Made by a program: the position numbers and the translations under genes | Source: Bacteroidia bacterium | GTDB lineage: Bacteria > Bacteroidota > Bacteroidia > NS11-12g > UBA955 | DNA length: 64,000 nucleotides | Reading direction: 5' to 3' | Assembly (NCBI GenBank): GCA_044341025.1 | Contig: JBIISM010000006.1 | Coordinates: 7,581-71,580 of the forward strand | Notes under the pieces: generated by a model | Databases searched by the model: none | The model's input: the letters and a program-made list of their open reading frames with translations, nothing else | Told to the model about the DNA's origin: nothing | Shown here: positions 11,536-20,925 of the stretch, piece after piece | Layout of the letters: each line of letters starts with the position of its first letter | Position numbering within the stretch: the first letter of the stretch is position 1

Positions 11536-12193
11536 GGTATCAAAAGAAATCAGTGCAAAAATAGCACAATCTTTGCTTGAAAGCGAAGCTGTTAAATTGA
11601 ATGTTGAAAATCCTTTTACATGGACCAGTGGCATGCGTTCGCCTGTTTACTGTGACAACCGTGTAACGCTCTCTTACCCCGTAATTCGCAAGTACATCAC
11701 CAACTGCTTAAGCGAGGTGATCAAAAACGAATACCCGTCTTTAAAAGGCGTAGTAGGTGTTGCAACAGCGGGTATTCCTCAAGGTGCTTTGATTGCAGAT
11801 GAATTAAATATTCCATTTGCATACATCCGTGCGGAAGCAAAAAAGCATGGTTTAAAGAACGCCATTGAAGGTCATTTGACGGCAGGATGTAAAGTTGTTG
11901 TGGTGGAAGATTTGATTAGCACGGGCAAAAGCAGTTTGAAAGCTGTTGAAGATTTAAGGGAAAACGGTTTTGAAGTGGTAGGCTTGGTTTCCATATTTAA
12001 TTATGGATTTGCAGCGACCCATCAAAAATTCTTAGATGCCCAGTGTCCTTATGTGTCCTTATGTGATTTTAACACCTTAGCTGAAGAAGCTGCAAAAACC
12101 AATTACATCAGTGAAGAAGCCCAAGTGAAAGTTTCAGAGTGGAACAAAGATGCCCAGGCTTGGAGCGATGCATTTAGCGCTAAGAACGCTTAA
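11534..12193 (+). CDS. pyrE: Orotate phosphoribosyltransferase
   Basis: PRPP-binding motif VVVVEDLISTGKSSL. Length (219 aa) and overall similarity fit PyrE. Confidence 0.9.
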   Translation: MVSKEISAKIAQSLLESEAVKLNVENPFTWTSGMRSPVYCDNRVTLSYPVIRKYITNCLSEVIKNEYPSLKGVVGVATAGIPQGALIADELNIPFAYIRAEAKKHGLKNAIEGHLTAGCKVVVVEDLISTGKSSLKAVEDLRENGFEVVGLVSIFNYGFAATHQKFLDAQCPYVSLCDFNTLAEEAAKTNYISEEAQVKVSEWNKDAQAWSDAFSAKNA

Positions 12194-12322
12194 GCTTTCC
12201 CTTTTATTTTTGATTGTGCCTGAAGAGGCGAACACACCAAATGCCCCTTTTGAAAACGCAGTGAAATCCTGTACTTGAGCATTTTTTTCAGAAAACCGAA
12301 GCAATCCGAGTTGTAAAAGATC

Positions 12323-13105
12323 TTATTTTGAGATGTAGCCTTTCATGATACCACGATCAGAAGCCTTAATAAATTGAAGGATTTCGTCCCTTTCAGGGGT
12401 AGCAGGCATATTGGCTTCAATGTGGGAGATGGCCTTGTTGTTGTTTAGACCACGCACATAAAGCGTTCTGTATATTTCTTGAATTTCAGCTATTTTATCG
12501 GGAGTGAAAGCGCGGCGTCTTAGGCCAATTGAATTTACGCCCTCGTAACTAAGTGGTTCACGTGCTGCCTTTGTATAAGGGGGTACATCTTTACGCACCA
12601 AGCTGCCACCACTGATCATGGCATGGCGCCCGATGTGAACAAATTGGTGAACAAGAGTTGCCCCGCCAAGTATTGCAGATTCGCCAATAACGACATGGCC
12701 TGCCACTTGGGTGCTGTTTGCAAGAATGACATGGTCGCCAATAACACAATCGTGCGCTACGTGGCTGTATGCCATAATTAAACAGTTTGCACCAATTTCG
12801 GTTTGTCCTCTGTCTTTAGTGCCACGGTTAATGGTAGCACATTCGCGAATGGTGGTATTGTCGCCAATAATGGTAAGAGAATCTTCGCCATCAAATTTTA
12901 AATCTTGTGGGATTGCGGAGATAATAGCACCCGGAAATATTTTTACATTTTTTCCGATTCGGGCACCTTCAAAAATGGTTACACCTGAACCTATCCAGGT
13001 ACCTTCACCAATTTCTACATTTTTATGAATGGTAACGAAAGGATCGATTACCACATTTTCTGCAACCTTCGATTGCGGATGAACATAAGCTAGGGGTTGA
13101 ATCAT
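12323..13105 (-). CDS. lpxA: Acyl-ACP--UDP-N-acetylglucosamine O-acyltransferase
   Basis: The N-terminus MIQPLAYVHPQSKVAENVVIDPFVTI is typical of LpxA. Hexapeptide repeats are present and the length is 260 aa. Confidence 0.9.
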   Translation of the reverse strand: MIQPLAYVHPQSKVAENVVIDPFVTIHKNVEIGEGTWIGSGVTIFEGARIGKNVKIFPGAIISAIPQDLKFDGEDSLTIIGDNTTIRECATINRGTKDRGQTEIGANCLIMAYSHVAHDCVIGDHVILANSTQVAGHVVIGESAILGGATLVHQFVHIGRHAMISGGSLVRKDVPPYTKAAREPLSYEGVNSIGLRRRAFTPDKIAEIQEIYRTLYVRGLNNNKAISHIEANMPATPERDEILQFIKASDRGIMKGYISK

Positions 13106-13160
13106 TTTTCAGTAATTACTTCTATATACAATTTTGGAGGCCTTAGCCCCCAAAAGAAAT

Positions 13161-14555
13161 TTATTTTATTTTAACAATTTGAGCCATCATTTCTGCTTCG
13201 CTTACCAATTTCTCGCCAACGAAACATCTGCCGCGCATTAAACAGATCCCTCTTCTTACTGGCTCTAGCATTTCAAGCTTCATAACCAAAGTATCACCTG
13301 GAACAACTTTGTCTTTAAATCTTGCTTTGTCAATTTTCAAAAACAATGTGGTATAGTTTTCAGGGTCTTCAACCTCACTTAAGATAAGCACTCCACCAGC
13401 TTGAGCCATGGCTTCTAGTTGCAGTACGCCTGGGAAAATTGGATCTCCAGGGAAGTGGCCATCAAAGAAGTATTGGTCGCCTGTGATGTTTTTTATGGCA
13501 ATCACATAGGTTGGAGTCTTTTCTAAAATTTTATCCACCAACAAGAACGGATGTTTATGTGGTAAGAACTTAGAAATTTCTTTGTATTCGTATAAAGCTT
13601 TTACATTCGGGTTGTATACCGGTGCATCGCTGTTGTTTTTCTTCTTGGTTTTTTTAATTAACGCTTTAATTTTCCTTGCAAAGGCAACATTCGAAGCATG
13701 GCCAGGACGGGCTGCCATAATTTGCGCTTTTATAGGCATACCTATAAGGGCTAAGTCGCCCAATAAATCAAGTAACTTGTGACGTGCTGGCTCATTTTGG
13801 AATCTTAACTCCAAATTGTTTAAAATACCTTCTTTCCTAACTTCTACTTTTGGTTTGTTAAATACCTTAGCCAATCTTTCCATTTCCTCATCTTCAACCA
13901 CACGGTCAACAATAACGATGGCATTGTTCAAATCGCCACCTTTAATCAAATTGTTGTTCAACATCATTTCCAATTCGTGAAGGAAACAAAAGGTTCTGCA
14001 ACTTGCTATTTCTTTTTCAAACTCATTTAAATTGGTAATGGTTGCGTGCTGGCTGCCTAAAACAGGGCTGTTGTAATCAACCATTACCGTTGCACGGTAA
14101 TCGTCTAATGGCATAGCCACCATTTCAATATGGTTTTGGTTGTCGTTGTAGTGCACATTTACAGGAATATGAAAATACTCACGTTCGGCATCTTGTTCAA
14201 CGATTCCGACAGACAATAAGGCATCCACAAATGGCTTAGAACTTCCATCCATAATTGGCATCTCCGGACCATCAATTTCTAAAAGAACATTGTCTAATTC
14301 CAATCCAACCAGTGCGGCCAAGGCATGCTCAACCGTATTCACACGGGCGCCATTTTTTTCTAAAGTGGTGCCTCTGGAAGTATCAACCACCAATTCGCAA
14401 TCTGCTTCAATAATAGGCTGGCCTTCTAAATCGGTTCTTTGAAATTTATACCAATGGTTGACTGGCGCTGGAGAGAAAGTCAAATTTACAACCGCTCCGG
14501 TGTGCAAGCCAACGCCTGAAACGGTTATTGAATTTTTTATTGTGGTTTGTTTCAT
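13161..14555 (-). CDS. lpxC/fabZ: Bifunctional UDP-3-O-acyl-GlcNAc deacetylase / 3-hydroxyacyl-ACP dehydratase (LpxC-FabZ fusion)
   Basis: The N-terminal half is LpxC-like (MKQTTIKNSITVSGVGLHTG...). The C-terminal half is FabZ hot-dog (FLPHKHPFLLVDKILE...GHFPGDPIFPGVL). This fusion is characteristic of Bacteroidota. Confidence 0.9.
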   Translation of the reverse strand: MKQTTIKNSITVSGVGLHTGAVVNLTFSPAPVNHWYKFQRTDLEGQPIIEADCELVVDTSRGTTLEKNGARVNTVEHALAALVGLELDNVLLEIDGPEMPIMDGSSKPFVDALLSVGIVEQDAEREYFHIPVNVHYNDNQNHIEMVAMPLDDYRATVMVDYNSPVLGSQHATITNLNEFEKEIASCRTFCFLHELEMMLNNNLIKGGDLNNAIVIVDRVVEDEEMERLAKVFNKPKVEVRKEGILNNLELRFQNEPARHKLLDLLGDLALIGMPIKAQIMAARPGHASNVAFARKIKALIKKTKKKNNSDAPVYNPNVKALYEYKEISKFLPHKHPFLLVDKILEKTPTYVIAIKNITGDQYFFDGHFPGDPIFPGVLQLEAMAQAGGVLILSEVEDPENYTTLFLKIDKARFKDKVVPGDTLVMKLEMLEPVRRGICLMRGRCFVGEKLVSEAEMMAQIVKIK

Positions 14556-15589
14556 TTTGATGTTAATTCTTTTATGTGTTTTTCAAGTTCTTTTATCCTA
14601 TTTTCTAGTTGGGGTAAATTGCGCAAGATCACTTGGCTTTTGAATGCCTCTTTAATTGGCATTGCAGGGCTGCCAATAAATTGTTGATTCGGTTCTTTAA
14701 TGGTTTTAGGAATTCCACTCTGACCACCTATTTGAGTTCCATCGGCAATGGTGATGTGTCCAACGATACCGACTTGTGCTCCGATTACACAACCCTTGCC
14801 TACCTTGGTACTACCAGCAACACCGCTAAGTCCAGCGACAACTGTATTTTCGCCTATTTCAGCATTGTGAGCAATTTGTACCATATTGTCAAGTTTTACG
14901 CCTTTCCTAATAATGGTAGAACCCATGGTTGCTCTATCTAAGCAGCAATTTGAGCCAGTTTCCACATTGTCTTCAATGATAACATTTCCGATTTGAGGAA
15001 TTTTAGCATAAGTACCATCCGGCGTGGGCGCAAAACCAAATCCATCGGACCCAATGACAGTGCCTGCGTGGATGATGCAATTGTTTCCTACATGGCAATC
15101 AGAGTATAATTTAACCCCAGAGTAAAACAAAGTATTGTTCCCTATTTTCGCTTTTTGACCTACAAAAACATGGGGGTATAATTGGGCATTGTCTCCAACG
15201 ATGGCAGCCTCTTCAATTACAACATAAGGACCGATAAACACATTTTTTCCAATGCTTGCAGATTCAGCAATAACGGCCGTTGGGTGTATGCCTTCTCTTT
15301 GCTGGTGTGGGTTAAACCAAGCATTCAATACCATACAAAATCCATAGTATGGCATGGCATGTCGAATGATGGTACACTGAACAGGTTTTTCTAAAACCAA
15401 ATCGTTTGAAACAATAACAACTGAAGCTTTTGTTTCATAAATAAAGTTAAGGTATTTGGGATTGGCTAAAAAGCTAACCTCACCTGGACCAGCGGTTTCA
15501 ATTTTCCCAGCAGCACTAACGGATGCAGAGGCATCACCTTCAATGCTACCTTGTATAAGTTCTGCTATTTGAGCGGCATTTATCTGCAT
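14552..15589 (-). CDS. lpxD: UDP-3-O-(3-hydroxyacyl)glucosamine N-acyltransferase
   Basis: Left-handed beta-helix hexapeptide repeats, 345 aa. The N-terminus (MQINAAQIAELIQGSIEGD) is LpxD-like. The gene overlaps lpxC/fabZ by 4 nt. Confidence 0.9.
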   Translation of the reverse strand: MQINAAQIAELIQGSIEGDASASVSAAGKIETAGPGEVSFLANPKYLNFIYETKASVVIVSNDLVLEKPVQCTIIRHAMPYYGFCMVLNAWFNPHQQREGIHPTAVIAESASIGKNVFIGPYVVIEEAAIVGDNAQLYPHVFVGQKAKIGNNTLFYSGVKLYSDCHVGNNCIIHAGTVIGSDGFGFAPTPDGTYAKIPQIGNVIIEDNVETGSNCCLDRATMGSTIIRKGVKLDNMVQIAHNAEIGENTVVAGLSGVAGSTKVGKGCVIGAQVGIVGHITIADGTQIGGQSGIPKTIKEPNQQFIGSPAMPIKEAFKSQVILRNLPQLENRIKELEKHIKELTSK

Positions 15590-15613
15590 AAATATATCCT
15601 GCGAAGATAAGGC

Positions 15614-16870
15614 TTAGCGGTAATAGCATAAATAATATTTTTTCACAGTCTGATTCAAGGCTTTTAGGTTGTAATTATCGCTTGCATCTGTAACATCCAA
15701 GACCTCTCCCGACTTTTTCAAGATGCGAATACCGGTGCTCTTTTCAACTTTATACGCATCATTGGCCAGGGTGTTCATTGATGCAAAATAGACCCCTTGA
15801 TCGGGCTTAAGCTTGAATTTACTTACCATTTTTTCCTGCATTTCTGCAACATCCTTCATTGGAATGACCTTCGAAGAAAGTTGAATTTTAGGCAGATGTC
15901 TATTGACTAAGTTTTTAGCCAACAAAGCCAAAACTTTATCGTTGCAAAACTGCCAGTTTTTAATGGCAGAAATCACATCTGAATCGTCCAATTGTATGAA
16001 TTGATTCAAAACATTAGGGTCTTCCATAAATTGCTTTACATCAATATGGTTTTTCAAAAAGAAATCGAGTGCTGGAGAGGCATACAATTGCATACCTTCT
16101 TTGGATACCTCTGCGGCCCTTCGCATGGTGTTGGTGAGCAAAACATCGGCTGCAACAACGGTTTTGTGCAAATAAACTTGCCAATACATTAAGCGTCTGG
16201 CGATAATAAACTTTTCAATGCTGTATATTCCCTTCTCTTCAACCACCAATTCATCATCCACAACATCCAACATGTGAATAATGCGCTCTGAACCAATTAT
16301 ACCTTCGCTTACTCCAGTATAAAAGCTGTCACGGCCCAAATAATCAAGTCGGTCCATATCCAATTGACCAGAGATCAATTGGTGTAAAAAAGCCTTTTTA
16401 TAGCGGTTGCTGAAAATCTGAATACACAAGTCCAATTTCCCTTTAAATTGTCTGTTTAATTCCTCCATCATCATCATCGAAATACTTTCGTGTGGCACCG
16501 AATGAATGATGGTATGTTCAAGTGAGTGGCTATAAGGACCATGGCCAATATCATGCAACAAAATAGCACAGTATAGAGCCTCAGCCTCTGCATCCGATAT
16601 TTTAACATTTTTTTGGCGCAAAGTAAACACCGCATTCATCATCAAATGCAAGGCGCCTAGGGCGTGGTGAAAACGAGAATGGGTTGCTCCTGGGTATACA
16701 ATTTCAGTCATACCCAACTGACGAATGCGTCTGAGTCTTTGAACAAAAGGGTGCTCAATGAGGTCGTAGACCAATTTACTTGGAATACTCAAAAAACCAT
16801 AGACTGGGTCGTTTATAATTTTACTTTTGTTCATTATCTGCAAAATTGACGATTTATTGTCATATTTCAT
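15614..16870 (-). CDS. HD-domain phosphohydrolase, the conserved first gene of the Bacteroidota HD-lpxD-lpxC/fabZ-lpxA operon
   Basis: HD motif in HHALGALHLM...LLHDIGHGPYSH. The likely true start is MNKSKIINDPVYGF at 16834. Confidence 0.75.
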   Translation of the reverse strand: MKYDNKSSILQIMNKSKIINDPVYGFLSIPSKLVYDLIEHPFVQRLRRIRQLGMTEIVYPGATHSRFHHALGALHLMMNAVFTLRQKNVKISDAEAEALYCAILLHDIGHGPYSHSLEHTIIHSVPHESISMMMMEELNRQFKGKLDLCIQIFSNRYKKAFLHQLISGQLDMDRLDYLGRDSFYTGVSEGIIGSERIIHMLDVVDDELVVEEKGIYSIEKFIIARRLMYWQVYLHKTVVAADVLLTNTMRRAAEVSKEGMQLYASPALDFFLKNHIDVKQFMEDPNVLNQFIQLDDSDVISAIKNWQFCNDKVLALLAKNLVNRHLPKIQLSSKVIPMKDVAEMQEKMVSKFKLKPDQGVYFASMNTLANDAYKVEKSTGIRILKKSGEVLDVTDASDNYNLKALNQTVKKYYLCYYR

Positions 16871-17032
16871 TCATTATATTGCTTTAATTCTTCTTATTCA
16901 ATACTTTATTGTATTTTTAATTTATTATATTGTAGCAGGAATCCTGAGTGTACCAAAGCGAATACAAAAGAGCAAGTAATTAAAAATTTACTTGCTGAAA
17001 TCAGGCCTTGATTTCCCCTAAATTTGTAGGCC

Positions 17033-18031
17033 TTGAAAAAATACCACAAAATACCTAAAAAAATTGCAGCGCCGCAACCCAAAGCGCCTGGTTTGCACCC
17101 TCGAAATACGCACCAAGGCAGGTATGATTTAGATGCACTGAGCAAAACACTTCCCGAACTGTTGAACTTCATTGTCAAAACTGATTTTGGCGACACCTCT
17201 ATAGATTTCTTTAACCCTGAAGCAGTAAAAAACCTTAACAAAGCCATACTGTTCAAGGACTATAATATCAAATATTGGAATATTCCTAAAGGCTATTTAT
17301 GCCCCCCTATTCCTGGGCGTGCAGATTACATTCACTTCTTGGCCGATGTATTAAATGAACTTCCGCAAAAAGACACATTAACCCATCCCAATTTTAAATG
17401 TTTGGATATTGGAACCGGGGCCAATTTAATTTACCCCATCATTGGTCAATCGGCATATAAATGGAAATTTATAGCAACAGACATTGATCAAATTGCCTTA
17501 GACAATGCAAATGAAATTTTGGAAAAAAATGCCGAATTGAGCGAAGATATTGAACTTAAACTTCAAGAAAATAAAAATGTATTTTTCAAAGGTATAGTCA
17601 ACAAAGATGACTTCTTTGAAGCCAGTATTTGCAACCCGCCCTTTCATTCATCTCAAGAAGAAGCAAGCGCAGGAACCTTAAGGAAACTGAAGAATCTAAA
17701 AGCGGAAGTGGTGCAAGAAGATGCTTTAAATTTTGGCGGTCAAAACAACGAGCTGATTTACGAGGGTGGCGAACTTAAATTTATACAAGACATGGCAAAA
17801 GAAAGCACAAAATTCAACAAGAATATTCTTTGGTTTAGCAGCTTAGTTTCTAAATCTGCTCATATCCATATACTTCAACGTTTCTTAAGTGAAATAGGCG
17901 TTGCAGAACAAAGAACCATAGAGATGGGCCAAGGCAATAAAACAAGTCGCTTTATTGCATGGACATTTTTCTCGAAATCCGAGCGATTGAAACACCTAGT
18001 AGGCAAAAAAATACAGAATGATCCCAATTGA
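17033..18031 (+). CDS. rlmF: 23S rRNA (adenine1618-N6)-methyltransferase
   Basis: The stretch PGLHPRNTHQGRYDLDALSKTLPEL...IPKGYLCPPIPGRADYIHFLADVL aligns closely with E. coli RlmF (YbiN). NPPFH catalytic motif present. Confidence 0.85.
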   Translation: MKKYHKIPKKIAAPQPKAPGLHPRNTHQGRYDLDALSKTLPELLNFIVKTDFGDTSIDFFNPEAVKNLNKAILFKDYNIKYWNIPKGYLCPPIPGRADYIHFLADVLNELPQKDTLTHPNFKCLDIGTGANLIYPIIGQSAYKWKFIATDIDQIALDNANEILEKNAELSEDIELKLQENKNVFFKGIVNKDDFFEASICNPPFHSSQEEASAGTLRKLKNLKAEVVQEDALNFGGQNNELIYEGGELKFIQDMAKESTKFNKNILWFSSLVSKSAHIHILQRFLSEIGVAEQRTIEMGQGNKTSRFIAWTFFSKSERLKHLVGKKIQNDPN

Positions 18032-18431
18032 GATTCCTGAATCTGAGTATTTGTATTCAGGTATTTCTCAGATTGAAAATGCTGGAAATGGCTTATTTAC
18101 AGCCATAAAAATATACAAAGGAGAGATTATTGCAATTTTTAAAGGGAAGGTTTTAAATGAGGCGCAAATTGAAAAGCGAATTGACATGAAACAAGATCAA
18201 TATTTCATGAATTTACCCAATGGAACCATTTTAGATGCTGGGAAAACCAAAGGCTTTGCAAAACTCGCCAACGACGCCCAAGCTTTTGATAACAATCTGT
18301 TTAAAAACAATTCAATTATCAGTATAGATGAAGAAGAAAACATTTGTTTGGTTGCAAAACGTTTGATTAAATCCGGTGAAGAAATTTTCTGTAGTTATGG
18401 AAAACGCTATTGGAAAAAACACGGCAAATAA
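18018..18431 (+). CDS. Minimal SET-domain protein (putative protein-lysine methyltransferase)
   Basis: The segment GNGLFTAIKIYKGEIIAIFKGKV...AKLANDAQ...EEIFCSYGKRYW follows the SET N/C-region pattern (GxG...YxGE, NHSC-like, ELxxxYG). It is 137 aa. Its start overlaps the rlmF stop by 14 nt. Confidence 0.55.
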   Translation: MIPIEIPESEYLYSGISQIENAGNGLFTAIKIYKGEIIAIFKGKVLNEAQIEKRIDMKQDQYFMNLPNGTILDAGKTKGFAKLANDAQAFDNNLFKNNSIISIDEEENICLVAKRLIKSGEEIFCSYGKRYWKKHGK

Positions 18432-18558
18432 ATTAAATGAATCGCCATATAAATTGACATTGCGCATTTATTGGAATGTCGTCGTTTAAAGTGTTAAACT
18501 TTGAAAAATCTGTCATACCTTTGCCGAATAATTTATAACCCTTAAGCATCACAATCAT

Positions 18559-19494
18559 ATGAAAGTAACAGTCGTAGGAGCAGGAGCAGTTGGCGCAACA
18601 TGCGCAGACAACATTGCCCGCAAAGAACTTTGTTCAGAATTGGTTTTATTAGACATTAAAGAAGGAATCAGCGAAGGTAAATCTTTGGATTTATTCCAAA
18701 CCTCTTCTTTGCTTGGTTTTGACACCCGCATTACTGGTAGCACCAACGATTACACAAAAACGGCCAACAGCGATGTTGTGGTTATAACCAGTGGTATTCC
18801 GCGCAAACCGGGTATGACACGTGAAGAACTTATCGGCACCAATGCAAGTATTGTAAAAGGCGTAACAGAAAATATTTTAAAGCATTCTCCAAATGCCATC
18901 ATCATTGTTATCAGCAACCCGATGGACACCATGACCTATTTGGCCTTGAAATCAAGCGGTATTCCTAAAAACCGCATCATTGGTATGGGTGGCATCTTAG
19001 ATAGTGCGCGTTTCAAATGTTATTTATCATTGGCAACAGGAGCATCAACCAACGACATCCACGGTGTTGTGATCGGCGGTCATGGCGACACCACCATGAT
19101 TCCTTTAACCAGACTTGCTACCATCAATGGCATGCCAGTAAGTTACAAATTAAACGAAGAAGCATTGGCTAAGGTTGCAGCTGACACTATGGTAGGTGGA
19201 GCTACTTTAACCGGCATGTTGGGAACCAGCGCATGGTATGCTCCAGGAGCTGCAGGTGCTGCCTTGGTAGAAGCCATTGTTAGAGACGAGAAAAAAGTAA
19301 TGCCATGCTGCGTATACCTAGAAGGTGAATATGGTCAAAACGATATTTGCTTAGGTGTGCCAGTTATTATTGGTAAAAACGGTTGGGAAGAAATCATCGA
19401 CTATAAATTAACAGAAAGCGAGCAAGCTGCATTCAACAAATCTGCAGAAGCAGTCAGAAGCATGAACAGCATATTGGGAAGCACCAACGCTTAA
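18559..19494 (+). CDS. mdh: Malate dehydrogenase
   Basis: The N-terminus MKVTVVGAGAVGATCA is a Rossmann fold. The overall LDH/MDH-family similarity fits Bacteroidota Mdh at 311 aa. Confidence 0.9.
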   Translation: MKVTVVGAGAVGATCADNIARKELCSELVLLDIKEGISEGKSLDLFQTSSLLGFDTRITGSTNDYTKTANSDVVVITSGIPRKPGMTREELIGTNASIVKGVTENILKHSPNAIIIVISNPMDTMTYLALKSSGIPKNRIIGMGGILDSARFKCYLSLATGASTNDIHGVVIGGHGDTTMIPLTRLATINGMPVSYKLNEEALAKVAADTMVGGATLTGMLGTSAWYAPGAAGAALVEAIVRDEKKVMPCCVYLEGEYGQNDICLGVPVIIGKNGWEEIIDYKLTESEQAAFNKSAEAVRSMNSILGSTNA

Positions 19495-19511
19495 TTCAAT
19501 ACGACTATTTA

Positions 19512-19544
19512 AAAGTCCTAAGTTAAAACTTAGGACTTTTTTTT
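19512..19544 (+). terminator. Rho-independent terminator after mdh
   Basis: Perfect 9-bp stem AGTCCTAAG / CTTAGGACT with a 6-nt loop, followed by a T8 run. Confidence 0.8.
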
Positions 19545-19586
19545 ACTCAAAATTAAAGGCATTATATTTGCTTCAATTTAAGATAA

Positions 19587-20075
19587 ATGCCAATTAAAAA
19601 TTTATTTTCTATACTTCTTCTAAGCCTTGCATTGTTTGCAGCAGCAGCACTTAAGGCTCAAAAAATTAGTGTCATAAATCAAACTGAAGTAAGAAGCTTA
19701 GCCCAGATGAAAGCAGACAGTGGTCAAACCATTGTAGTAAACTTTTGGGCCACTTGGTGTGGACCATGTGTGCGGGAACTCCCCTATTTCATTCAGGCCG
19801 ATACCAGTTTAAAAGGAGAAAACTTCAAATTTATTTTTGTGTCTTTTGATCCACTAAACAACGAAAGTAAAGTCCAAAAATTTATTGACAAAAACGGTAT
19901 GCCTGGCACACACTATATTATAGGAAACTATGAGATGGGAACATTAATTGAACAAGTACATCCCAAATGGGAAGGAGGAATACCATTTACTTTGGTAATT
20001 ACCCATAAAGAAACCAAACACCACGAAGGTGCCTTTGAGAACTTTCGCCAATTTTGGCAGTTCATACGAGATTGA
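19587..20075 (+). CDS. TlpA-like thioredoxin-fold thiol-disulfide oxidoreductase, secreted
   Basis: Carries a signal peptide. Redox motif WATWCGPC. Confidence 0.7.
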   Translation: MPIKNLFSILLLSLALFAAAALKAQKISVINQTEVRSLAQMKADSGQTIVVNFWATWCGPCVRELPYFIQADTSLKGENFKFIFVSFDPLNNESKVQKFIDKNGMPGTHYIIGNYEMGTLIEQVHPKWEGGIPFTLVITHKETKHHEGAFENFRQFWQFIRD

Positions 20076-20153
20076 ACTCAATCGAATGCTTACTGCGCCA
20101 TTTGCCTTATTAAATGGCAAGGCCAAACCCTTTATTTTATATTTCTTACGCTC

Positions 20154-20828
20154 CTATTTCCAGCCATTCTCACCAAGCAAGGGCACAAAACTAAATTGTT
20201 CAAATACTTCTGTCTTGATATTTGTTGCATCTATTTTGGTGATTCGAACCATGCGCTGAATATCTTTTTCGCCGCCAACAGGAATAACCAAGCACCCGCC
20301 AACTGTCAATTGTTTGACCAATGCTTTTGGCACAGAGGGCGCTCCCGCAGTAACTATAATTTTATCGTAAGGTCCATGTTCTGACAAACCTTTGGTACCA
20401 TCACCCACATGCATTTGCAATTGAATGTTCATGCCATATGAATTTACTTTCTTGATGGTTTCAGCAGCCTGCTCAGACAATTTTGCATGCCTTTCGATAC
20501 TGAATACCACAGCTCCGCATAAAGCCAAAACAGAACCTTGGTAACCACTGCCCGTTCCAATCTCAAGAACCTTATCATTTCTTTTTAATTGAAGAAGCTG
20601 AGACTGATAAGCAACAGTGTATGGTTGAGAGATCGTTTGGTCCTCACCAATAGGGAAAGCTTTGTCCTCATAGGCATGCGATTCGAAATCATGGGGTAAG
20701 AAAAAATGCCTTGGAAGCTCAGAAATAGCGTCTAAAACCAATGGGTCTACGATGCCCTTTTGCTTAAGCAGCTCGACCAACTGAAGGCGCAAACCTTTGT
20801 GTTTATAGGTGTCTTGGTAAATATTCAA
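20154..20828 (-). CDS. pcm: Protein-L-isoaspartate O-methyltransferase
   Basis: The stretch TISQPYTVAYQSQLLQLKRNDKVLEIGTGSGYQ is the SAM-binding motif typical of Pcm. 224 aa. Confidence 0.9.
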   Translation of the reverse strand: MNIYQDTYKHKGLRLQLVELLKQKGIVDPLVLDAISELPRHFFLPHDFESHAYEDKAFPIGEDQTISQPYTVAYQSQLLQLKRNDKVLEIGTGSGYQGSVLALCGAVVFSIERHAKLSEQAAETIKKVNSYGMNIQLQMHVGDGTKGLSEHGPYDKIIVTAGAPSVPKALVKQLTVGGCLVIPVGGEKDIQRMVRITKIDATNIKTEVFEQFSFVPLLGENGWK

Positions 20829-20925
20829 AATAGTTTATGTATGTTCTTTAGTACACGGTTAATAACAAAATAGTGCCGCAAATAAGCAACTATTGCATTT
20901 TTGTAACAAATTTATTTGAACACAT

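Noticed and set aside
16906-17256. 116-aa minus-strand ORF overlapping the rlmF 5' end
   Set aside because: It overlaps the strongly supported rlmF coding region on the opposite strand and spans the divergent promoter gap. No domain or signal. Spurious.
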